Origin: Candidatus Dojkabacteria bacterium
Lineage (GTDB): Bacteria > Patescibacteriota > Dojkabacteria > J137
DNA length: 64,000 bases
Assembly (NCBI GenBank): GCA_040006935.1
Contig: JBDTVZ010000001.1
Span: forward strand, 167,772 to 231,771
Direction: 5' to 3'
Position numbers and translations under genes: made by a program. The notes below the pieces were generated by a model. It had not been told where the DNA came from, ran no database searches, and was given only the letters and a program-made list of their open reading frames with translations. Shown one piece after another: positions 1 through 7,482 of the stretch. The stretch's first letter is position 1. Each line of letters starts with the position of its first letter.

Positions 1-302
1 AGGAATTGGATGCACGAGTGATTGGAATTAGTTCAGATTCACAAAAATCACACGGAAAGTTTAAAAAGAAAGAAGAACTCAATTTTGAATTACTTTCAGA
101 TGAGGATCAAAAGTTACAGAATGCTTTTGGAGTTTGGACAGAAAAAAGTATGTTTGGAAAAACATTTATGGGAACTCTTAGAACAACTTTTTTAGTTAAT
201 AAAGAAGGAGAAATCCTAGAGACTTGGGGAGGAGAATCAGAGAATAAAATAGTCACATTAACTCATGCGGAGGACATTGTAACTGTGATAAAAAATTTAT
301 AA
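1..302 (+). CDS. bcp: Thioredoxin-dependent peroxiredoxin (Bcp/PrxQ family), 5'-partial, runs off window start
   Basis: C-terminal Bcp-like sequence VIGISSDSQKSHGKFKKKEELNFELLSDEDQKLQNAFGVW...TTFLVNKEGEI. The peroxidatic Cys region lies upstream of the window. Confidence 0.7.
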   Translation, partial: ELDARVIGISSDSQKSHGKFKKKEELNFELLSDEDQKLQNAFGVWTEKSMFGKTFMGTLRTTFLVNKEGEILETWGGESENKIVTLTHAEDIVTVIKNL

Positions 303-326
303 GACTAGCGCTGTTGACATCCCAAT

Positions 327-743
327 ATGCACCACGTCGCAATAATGAACCCCAAGTTAAAATTCATCGATAAAATTCTTGCCCAAGAAAAACTAATCGA
401 AACGCGTTGGTATAAAAATAAAATTGCTCCTTGGAATAGAATAAATAAAGGAGATGTAATTTACTTCAAGGATTCTGGCCAAGATGTAACTGCAAGAGCA
501 GAAGTTTTGAAAGTAGAACAGTTTGATAATTTGGATAAAGAAAAGATAAAAGATTTAATAAATAAATATTTTAAAGAAATAGGTTTAAACGAAGAAATTA
601 AGACTGCGTTTATTAATAAACATCTTAATAAAAATTACGCGATTTTGATTTGGTTAAAAAATGCTGAAAAGATTGCTCCTTTTAGAATTAACAAGACGGG
701 ATTTGGTAACGCTGCCGCATGGCTAACTCTACCTGAAATATAA
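327..743 (+). CDS. ASCH domain-containing protein (alternative start at 345, MNPKL)
   Basis: 138-aa ORF with an ASCH-like N-terminus (KFIDKILAQEKLIETRWYKNKIAPWNRINKGDVIYFKDSG). TTGACA-like box at 314-319. Confidence 0.5.
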   Translation: MHHVAIMNPKLKFIDKILAQEKLIETRWYKNKIAPWNRINKGDVIYFKDSGQDVTARAEVLKVEQFDNLDKEKIKDLINKYFKEIGLNEEIKTAFINKHLNKNYAILIWLKNAEKIAPFRINKTGFGNAAAWLTLPEI

Positions 744-857
744 GATATTAAAATCATTCTGTGGAGATAGTTTCAACTCTGAAATTGCACGATTTTAAGC
801 TCTTATTGATGCATTTAAAATTGTAACGGTTTGAGACATATTCTATAATAGTAAACT

Positions 858-1424
858 ATGGCAAGTTTACATTTTAGAAAAAGAAATCGAAAGACAGGAT
901 TTCATTATTCAGATCCTGGGAGTTACTTTATAACTATTTGTGTAAAAATGTTTGATGGTGTCTTAAGTAATATTGATGCAGATTTTAATCTGAAGTTAAA
1001 TCCATATGGAAAGATTATCGATAATAAAATTCGATCTGTGGATAAAATCTTCAGAGATACTGAAATAATTGAATACGTCATAATGCCTGATCATGTGCAT
1101 ATTTTAATGAATATTTATCCGAATAATCATATTGATTGTACCGATGGGAATGGTGATGGTGACGGTAGTGACAGGATTAATCCTGTCACTACGAATACAA
1201 ATACACATACGAATCAACAATCATTCAAATATAAATTATCAATCCCATCAATTATTTCATGGATTAAAGGATCATCCTCGTTTGAAATAAATAAAACTAT
1301 ATATTTCCGCTGGCAACGCTCATATTACGATAAAATTATTCGTCATAATGAAGAATTTATCAAAGTTAAAAATTACATTATCAATAATCCACAATCATGG
1401 ATTACCAGAAGATCCCATCTATAA
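858..1424 (+). CDS. IS200/IS605-family Y1 (HUH) transposase-like protein (RAYT/TnpA_REP-like) with a low-complexity insertion
   Basis: HUH motif IMPDHVHILMN and a C-terminal Tyr helix WQRSYYDKIIRHNEEFIKVKNYIINNPQSW typical of IS200-like/REP-associated tyrosine transposases. An inserted low-complexity tract (DGNGDGDGSD...TNTNTHTN) is encoded by a microsatellite-like stretch of DNA. TATAAT at 845-850 lies just upstream of the ATG. Confidence 0.7.
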   Translation: MASLHFRKRNRKTGFHYSDPGSYFITICVKMFDGVLSNIDADFNLKLNPYGKIIDNKIRSVDKIFRDTEIIEYVIMPDHVHILMNIYPNNHIDCTDGNGDGDGSDRINPVTTNTNTHTNQQSFKYKLSIPSIISWIKGSSSFEINKTIYFRWQRSYYDKIIRHNEEFIKVKNYIINNPQSWITRRSHL

Positions 1425-1573
1425 ATGGAATCTTCCTCCTATTTTCCTAAATGTAATCCCCATCATGTTTTATAAATGTGACCTCCCTTGTTTCTTCTGA
1501 TAGAATGTATATGTAAAGCTAGGAATTTACTTAAATCTTAGCTATTTTATTTAAACTTCCCTAGAGAAAATTT

Positions 1574-4500
1574 ATGAGTTTTACTCATCTTCATGTTCAC
1601 ACAGAGTATTCACTTCTTGATGGAGTTAATAAATCTACAGCTTTATTTGAGCAAGTAAAAAAGCTCGGAATGAACTCTGTTGCGATTTCAGATCATGGAG
1701 TTATGTATGGAGTTCCAGAGTTTTGGAAATATTCACACGACTTTGGAGTAAAACCAATCATTGGTTGTGAAATTTATTTAGCTCCGGGAAACATGACTTT
1801 GCGAGAGAAAATAGATGGAGTTAAATATTATCACTTACTTCTGCTTGCAAAGAATCGTGTGGGTTATCTAAATTTAATAAAAATAGTTTCAGAGGGGCAA
1901 TTGCATGGAATGTATTATAAACCAAGAGTTGATAGAGAAACTTTAGCAAAATACTCTGAAGGTTTAATATGTACTTCGGCTTGCATGGCTGGGCCATTGT
2001 CTCGAAATATTTTAAGAGGAGATGTTGCAAAGGCAGAAGACTGGTTGCAATATTTAAAAGGTACTTTTAACGATAACTTCTATATCGAACTACAAAGACA
2101 TGGTTTCGATTCGAATGATCAACTTCCACAAGGTTTCGAGTTGAGAGCTTCAAGTGACGATGACAGTAGTGAGGAAGCAATTGATAATATGAATCAGCAA
2201 AAATATAGTAATAACATGCTTAAAGAACTTGCTAGTAAATATAAAATCCCATTGGTTGCAACATCAGATGCTCATTATTTAAAAAAAGAAGATAAAGAAG
2301 TTCAAACAATTTTATTTGCAATTAAAGATGGGAAATTATTAACAGATGATGATTGTAGGACGGGGTACGAAGGAACATATATTCTTTCACCAGAGGAAAT
2401 GGAAAAGAAATTTGAAGATGAGAAAAGTGCGGTAGAAAATACACAAAGAATAAATGAAAGTATTGAGGAATTTTCTCCTGGTTTCGACAGAATTCAGCCT
2501 AAATTTTGGAATATTCCAGAAGGAAAAGATGCTGAGCATTTGCTTCGGGAAATGGTTTATGAAGGAGCTTTAAATAAATATAAGAATTCGGATTTCTTAA
2601 TTAGCCAGGAAGTTGATCAAACGATATCTACTGATAAATTGTTCGAAGAACAGGCAAGAAATAGATTTAAACCTGAACTCATAGACAGACTTGAACTTGA
2701 ATTAAATTTAATTCACGATAAAGGTTACGATGACTACTTTCTTGTAGTTTCCGATTTAATGAAGTGGTCTGCAGAAAACGATATTCTCATGGGGGTTAGA
2801 GGGTCTGTTGCAGGTTCTGCAGCTGCCCACTGCTTGGATATTGTTGAAGTTGAACCAATCAAATGGGAACTTTATTTTGAAAGATTTTTAAACCCAGAAA
2901 GACCATCCCCTCCCGACATTGACATGGATATTCAAGATTCTCGAAGAGATGAAGTTATACAGTATGTAAAAGATAAGTATGGAGAAGATGCAGTTGTAGC
3001 AATTTGTACTTTAGGAAGATTAAAAACAAAAGCAGCGATTAGGGATGTTTCTAGAGTAATGAATATTGATTTAAAAATGGCAGATAGGCTTTCTAAACTT
3101 GTCACGGTACTTTTTGGAAAACCATACACAATTGAAAAGATGATGGAGACTAGCCAAGAGTTTGCTAGCCTCGTGAACTCTGATCCTCAGTTAGAAAAAA
3201 TGACGGAAGTTGTAAAAAAGATTACTAATATGTCCAGGCATATGTCTGTTCATGCTTGTGGTCATTTGATAACACCAGGACCAGCTGTGAATTACGTCCC
3301 ACTACAATACGAGACGGGTGGTGGAGAAAGTAGAGTAATGACACAATACGAAGGACCTTGGCTAGAAGAATTAGGATTAATGAAGTTTGACTTCTTAGGC
3401 TTAAGAACTTTAACCATTATTGCGAACACTATTAAATATGTAAAAGCGAAAAAAGGAGTCGATATCGATTTTTACCAAATTCCCGATCACGATAAAGGGG
3501 CTTATGATTTATTTGCAAAAGGAGAAACAACTGGAGTTTTTCAGTTTGAGTCCCCACCAATGAGGCAATATTTAAAAGATTTACGAGCAGAAAACCAAGA
3601 AGACTTATGTTTTATGGTAGCTGCTTATCGTCCAGGACCAATGAAGTACATTCCGGACTATATTGCTCGAAAACACGGTCAACAAAAAACCGAACTATTA
3701 ATTCCAGAATTAGGAAATATTGTTGGAAAAACTTACGGTTTTGCGATTTACCAGGAACAGGTTATTAGAATTGCGGTGGATTTAGCTGGTTATTCAATGG
3801 GACAGGCTGATGTTTTGCGAAGAGCAATGGGAAAAAAGAAAGTGGATGTTATGAAAAAAGAAGAAGCAATTTTCAAAGCTGGTGTTCAGAAAAATGGATA
3901 TACAGAAGCAGTTGGAACTGAACTTTGGAACTATTTATTACCTTTTGCTGACTATGGATTTAACAAGGCTCACGCTGCTGGATACGCAGTGCTAGCTTAC
4001 AAATGTGCATATTTAAAGGCACACCATCCATTAGAATTCATGACTGCACTTTTACATTCAGATATTTCTGATATGGATAGAGTTGCAACAGACATGAGCG
4101 AAGTTCGAAGATTAGGTTACAAAGTTTTACCTCCAAGTGTAAATATGTCGAACGTAGATTTTACTGCAGAAGGAGAAGACTCAATTCGATTTGGTTTAGG
4201 AGCTATTAAAAATGTAGGAGCCAAAACGTGTTCGGCTATTTTACTCGAACGAAATGCGAATGGAGTATTTCGAAACTTTGATGATTTAATTGGACGAGTT
4301 GGTTTAGCTAATTTTAATAGAAAAAGTATTGAGTGCTTGATTAAAGCTGGAACTATGGATGAGTTTGGAGATAGAAATTCATTATTAAAAATAATTCCAG
4401 AGGTAATGAATAAATTTGCTGAGAAGAAGAAAATTCAAGATGTTGGACAAACAGATATGTTTGCAATGTTGGAGGATGAACATGATGAGCCAATTATTAC

Positions 4501-5137
4501 AAATTATTCTGCAACGCCATTTCCACCAACTGAACCTTCAAGTGAAAAAGAGAAAATGAATTGGGAGAAAGAGCTATTAGGCTTATTTATAACTACTCAT
4601 CCATTAGATACTTTTAAGTGGGTTACACTAACAGGAAGATACAATAAACTTTCAGAAGTTGAGCATATGTCTGCAGGACAAAAAGTTAAATTTTTAGCTT
4701 TAATAACTTCTTTAAAAATTACATATACAAAAAAAGATAATGCAAAAATGGCAATTATTAATTTAGAGGATTTCCATGGTAAATCCGAATCTGTTTTATT
4801 CCCAAGAGTTTACGAAAAATTTGCGCATTTTATTGACGAGTCGAGACCATTGATTGTTGAAGCGATGATTAATGAACGAGATGATAAAAAATCATTAATC
4901 ATAAATTCTTTAGAGCATGCAGGCACTTTAATAAGACCTAAAAAGATAACAATAAATATTGTGGGTGTTACGGATCCTGGTGAATTAGCTCAACTTAAAA
5001 ATTGCTTTTGTGAAGATGGTGCAACAGAAGTAGAAGTAATTTATGGAAGTAAAGCCAAACCTCTAAAAATCTCTAGAAAGGCAAATTTGGATGACATAGA
5101 AACGATTTTATGTTTGGAGAAGTACGTGAAGAATTAG
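1574..5137 (+). CDS. dnaE: DNA polymerase III alpha subunit
   Basis: 1187 aa. N-terminal PHP domain (HLHVHTEYSLLDG, AISDHG), polymerase core motifs (GLMKFDFLGLRTL, PDID) and an OB-fold C-terminus. An acidic low-complexity insertion (SSDDDSSEEAIDN) sits in the PHP region. Confidence 0.95.
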   Translation: MSFTHLHVHTEYSLLDGVNKSTALFEQVKKLGMNSVAISDHGVMYGVPEFWKYSHDFGVKPIIGCEIYLAPGNMTLREKIDGVKYYHLLLLAKNRVGYLNLIKIVSEGQLHGMYYKPRVDRETLAKYSEGLICTSACMAGPLSRNILRGDVAKAEDWLQYLKGTFNDNFYIELQRHGFDSNDQLPQGFELRASSDDDSSEEAIDNMNQQKYSNNMLKELASKYKIPLVATSDAHYLKKEDKEVQTILFAIKDGKLLTDDDCRTGYEGTYILSPEEMEKKFEDEKSAVENTQRINESIEEFSPGFDRIQPKFWNIPEGKDAEHLLREMVYEGALNKYKNSDFLISQEVDQTISTDKLFEEQARNRFKPELIDRLELELNLIHDKGYDDYFLVVSDLMKWSAENDILMGVRGSVAGSAAAHCLDIVEVEPIKWELYFERFLNPERPSPPDIDMDIQDSRRDEVIQYVKDKYGEDAVVAICTLGRLKTKAAIRDVSRVMNIDLKMADRLSKLVTVLFGKPYTIEKMMETSQEFASLVNSDPQLEKMTEVVKKITNMSRHMSVHACGHLITPGPAVNYVPLQYETGGGESRVMTQYEGPWLEELGLMKFDFLGLRTLTIIANTIKYVKAKKGVDIDFYQIPDHDKGAYDLFAKGETTGVFQFESPPMRQYLKDLRAENQEDLCFMVAAYRPGPMKYIPDYIARKHGQQKTELLIPELGNIVGKTYGFAIYQEQVIRIAVDLAGYSMGQADVLRRAMGKKKVDVMKKEEAIFKAGVQKNGYTEAVGTELWNYLLPFADYGFNKAHAAGYAVLAYKCAYLKAHHPLEFMTALLHSDISDMDRVATDMSEVRRLGYKVLPPSVNMSNVDFTAEGEDSIRFGLGAIKNVGAKTCSAILLERNANGVFRNFDDLIGRVGLANFNRKSIECLIKAGTMDEFGDRNSLLKIIPEVMNKFAEKKKIQDVGQTDMFAMLEDEHDEPIITNYSATPFPPTEPSSEKEKMNWEKELLGLFITTHPLDTFKWVTLTGRYNKLSEVEHMSAGQKVKFLALITSLKITYTKKDNAKMAIINLEDFHGKSESVLFPRVYEKFAHFIDESRPLIVEAMINERDDKKSLIINSLEHAGTLIRPKKITINIVGVTDPGELAQLKNCFCEDGATEVEVIYGSKAKPLKISRKANLDDIETILCLEKYVKN

Positions 5138-5257
5138 TTATTGCTCATTTTCCCTTTTTAGGATATTAGCTTTTCGTAATTTAAACTGTATTTGTCATGG
5201 TGAGGCTTACTTTGTGATGGGGAGGTTCTCGAACCATGACTCTTTTTCTTATGCACA

Positions 5258-5548
5258 ATGTTAAAAAACTACTACGTCTACATTCTAAAATGCACAGATA
5301 AATCCTATTACATTGGTGTAACAAACAACATGCAAAGAAGACTTTCTCAGCATATAAATAAGTCACTTCCTAATTGTTATACTTTTAATAGACTCCCTGT
5401 TGAATTAGTTTGGCAAGGAGTTTTCAATGATATTAGAGTTGTAATTAGTTTTGGAAAGAAAATTAAACGGTGGTCCAGAAAAAAGAAAGAAGCACTCATA
5501 AAGAATGATTGGGAGTCATTAAGTTTCTTTCTGACCATACAGAATTAG
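5258..5548 (+). CDS. GIY-YIG nuclease family protein (YhbQ/UPF0213-like, stand-alone nuclease domain)
   Basis: YYVYILKCTDKSYYIGVTNNMQRRLSQH...KKIKRWSRKKKEALI carries GIY-YIG with the conserved Arg and Glu/Lys core. 96 aa. Confidence 0.75.
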   Translation: MLKNYYVYILKCTDKSYYIGVTNNMQRRLSQHINKSLPNCYTFNRLPVELVWQGVFNDIRVVISFGKKIKRWSRKKKEALIKNDWESLSFFLTIQN

Positions 5549-5562
5549 AAGGAATGCTCTAC

Positions 5563-5886
5563 ATGAGCACTCAAGACGGCGTTAAACACTTGAGATTCAC
5601 CAGCTTCTCTGACGCCTCCTTCACTTGGGTCCTTGACCTTCAGGTTCAAGGCATTCAGGCTGGCGCAACATATCCGACTATGCGTATGTCAAGTCCCAAC
5701 AGCGAAGATCAATTGCTGGATCTGAGCTACAACTTTTACGGTTGTAACAGAATTGCAGGTGAGGTTGAATTTGCAGAATCACCAGCCGACAGAATGATAT
5801 TCACGTTTTCAGTGCAATGCGACATCTACAGTGAGATCGATCTTGCTGGAACATGGGACGTGACTATCGGACAGCGTCAACCCTAA
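5563..5886 (+). CDS. Hypothetical protein in a GC-anomalous (~50% GC) segment, possibly horizontally acquired
   Basis: Uninterrupted 108-125 codon frame inside a ~400-bp stretch whose GC content and GC3 codon usage differ sharply from surrounding ~32% GC DNA. AGAAGGA lies 5' of the ATGs at 5554/5563. No recognisable domain. Confidence 0.35.
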   Translation: MSTQDGVKHLRFTSFSDASFTWVLDLQVQGIQAGATYPTMRMSSPNSEDQLLDLSYNFYGCNRIAGEVEFAESPADRMIFTFSVQCDIYSEIDLAGTWDVTIGQRQP

Positions 5887-6181
5887 TCCTTTCTCTCGAA
5901 AACACAGCTATGCTGTATTTCGACTTGACCCCCACTGGATTTACAGTAAAGTTGCGTTCTCGAGCAAGGATTTTCTAAAAATTCTTCTTTCAAAACATAT
6001 CTCTTCGCTAACTCTCACAAACTTTGTTAATATTACTTCGATATTTTAAATTCTCACACTGAAAAAATTCCTCTCAATCTCTAAAAACGCCTTTGATATA
6101 ATAAATAATATCAAGACTCTCTTAATTTCACGACTTTTTTGGGGCAGAAACACTACTTATAAAAAAATTGTTCATGCTTCA

Positions 6182-7099
6182 ATGATTGCAATAACTGCAA
6201 TAATTTTTGTTAGCGGTATTGCTACAAGAATTAATTTGAATAGCTCTTCTGGAGTTTTAGGTATATCCACTAATGATGATGTTTTGAGTTCTGGCTCTAC
6301 AGTCAAAGCAATAGACGCCAACGACTCAACAACAAGAGTTAAAAATTACACAGTAGTGCAAGGAGATAATATTGATACTGTTGCTACAAAATTTAAACTT
6401 AAACCCGAAACTATAAGGTGGGCAAATCTAAAATTAGTTGGACCATTTTCAAATAATCTTATTCCTGGGTGGGAATTAAAAATTCCTTATACAGATGGTG
6501 TTCTATATAGAGTTCAAGCAGGAGATACTATTTACAAAGTTGCTGATTCAATGAAGAGTGATATTTTTGCAATTTCAGAAATTAACAATCTAAGTGAGCC
6601 AGATTATAAATTACAAGTTGGACAAGATATTATGATCCCAGATGGAAGGCTTCCTGTTGCAGATATTGGAAATATTGTGACCATTACAGAAAGTAATTTA
6701 GTTGGAGCATTTGATGATCCTTTATCAAATCCTGCCTGCAATGGTTACAATTTTTACGGAGGGATTAATTCTTATCCAGGACATAACGGGGTGGATGTAG
6801 GAATCGCAGGTGGATGCCCAGAAAGAGCAATTGCAGCAGGAACTGTGTATTATGCAGGCTGGGAAGATATTTCTGGTTACACAGTAAAAATTGATCATGG
6901 GGGTGGAGTTCACTCGTATTATTACCATGGAAATGGAGAAATTTGGGTAAAGGCAGGACAATATGTTGAGCAAGGTACAGACTTAATGATGATGGGATGT
7001 ACCGGGAATTGCTTTGGTACTCATTTGCACTTAACAATAAAGCTTAACGGAGAAATTATAGATCCTGTAGCCTATATTCCTTTTAAGATAAAGTACTAG
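6182..7099 (+). CDS. LysM-LysM-M23 family metallopeptidase (cell-wall endopeptidase)
   Basis: N-terminal TM/signal, two LysM motifs (YTVVQGDNIDTVATKF and YRVQAGDTIYKVADSM) and an M23 catalytic core (HNGVDVGIAGGCPERAIAAGTVYYAG...GTHLHLTIKLNGEIIDP). Confidence 0.85.
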   Translation: MIAITAIIFVSGIATRINLNSSSGVLGISTNDDVLSSGSTVKAIDANDSTTRVKNYTVVQGDNIDTVATKFKLKPETIRWANLKLVGPFSNNLIPGWELKIPYTDGVLYRVQAGDTIYKVADSMKSDIFAISEINNLSEPDYKLQVGQDIMIPDGRLPVADIGNIVTITESNLVGAFDDPLSNPACNGYNFYGGINSYPGHNGVDVGIAGGCPERAIAAGTVYYAGWEDISGYTVKIDHGGGVHSYYYHGNGEIWVKAGQYVEQGTDLMMMGCTGNCFGTHLHLTIKLNGEIIDPVAYIPFKIKY

Positions 7100-7225
7100 G
7101 ACTTGAAATACTTATTATTACGTGTAATTTACTAAGATGTGCTTAGATGATATAATCCTCTCGTAAATTATGACTTTAAAAGAGCCTGCCATGAGCGTAA
7201 CGAGCAGAGCTAGTAAAGTCGAAGG

Positions 7226-7296
7226 GTGCCCGTAGCTCACCGTGCCTGACGGCAGGCAAGGTGGATAGATCAATCTCGCAAAGCGAGATTGTGGTG
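7226..7296 (+). other. Degenerate tRNA-like element: duplicate of the tRNA-Arg 5' half (acceptor/D-arm) with two inserted hairpins and no T-arm
   Basis: GTGCCCGTAGCTCA and GTGGATAGA are identical to the downstream tRNA-Arg 5' portion. They are interrupted by the hairpin TGCCTGACGGCAGGCA and followed by a 9-bp hairpin CAATCTCGC-AAA-GCGAGATTG. No GTTCGAATC T-loop. Lies downstream of an extended -10 (TGaTATAAT, 7148-7156). Confidence 0.3.
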
Positions 7297-7330
7297 CTAA
7301 AATTAGTTCTAAAAAGAAAGAAACCATTAT

Positions 7331-7403
7331 GTGCCCGTAGCTCAGTGGATAGAGCAACCGCCTTCTAAGCGGTAGGTCGTACGTTCGAATCGTACCGGGC
7401 ATA
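7331..7403 (+). tRNA. tRNA-Arg (anticodon TCT)
   Basis: Manual cloverleaf: acceptor GTGCCCG/CGGGCAT (G1-U72), U8A9, D-arm GCTC-AGTGGATA-GAGC, anticodon stem ACCGC/GCGGT with loop CTTCTAA (TCT), T-arm GTACG-TTCGAAT-CGTAC. No encoded CCA. Confidence 0.9.
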
Positions 7404-7482
7404 TTTCAAAAATTTGAACATTCTCTAATAAACCCTCATCTCCAACATTTGGTAACAATATATCCCCATGGTATAATTAAAC

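Noticed and set aside
5225-5245. GGAGGTTCTCGAACCATGAC resembling a tRNA T-arm (GGTTCGAATCC) or a fifth copy of the TTGAACCA repeat arm
   Set aside because: No acceptor, D-arm or anticodon arm can be built on either strand. Similarity to the junction repeat is limited to about 8 nt. Probably a coincidental short palindrome (GGTTC-TC-GAACC).
5560-5960. GC-rich segment as a structured RNA gene (RNase P RNA, tmRNA, SRP RNA, group I/II intron)
   Set aside because: None of the hallmark motifs were found: AGGAAAGTCC for RNase P, the tag-peptide ORF plus T-arm/ACCA for tmRNA, GGAA-capped helix 8 for SRP RNA, domain V for group II introns. The segment also maintains a long open reading frame, so a foreign protein-coding insert is favoured. 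Not definitively excluded without Infernal.
7118-7402. 94-aa minus-strand ORF from the six-frame track
   Set aside because: It lies entirely over the tRNA-Arg gene and the structured tRNA-like leader. It is an artefact of the stop-free reverse strand of RNA-coding DNA.
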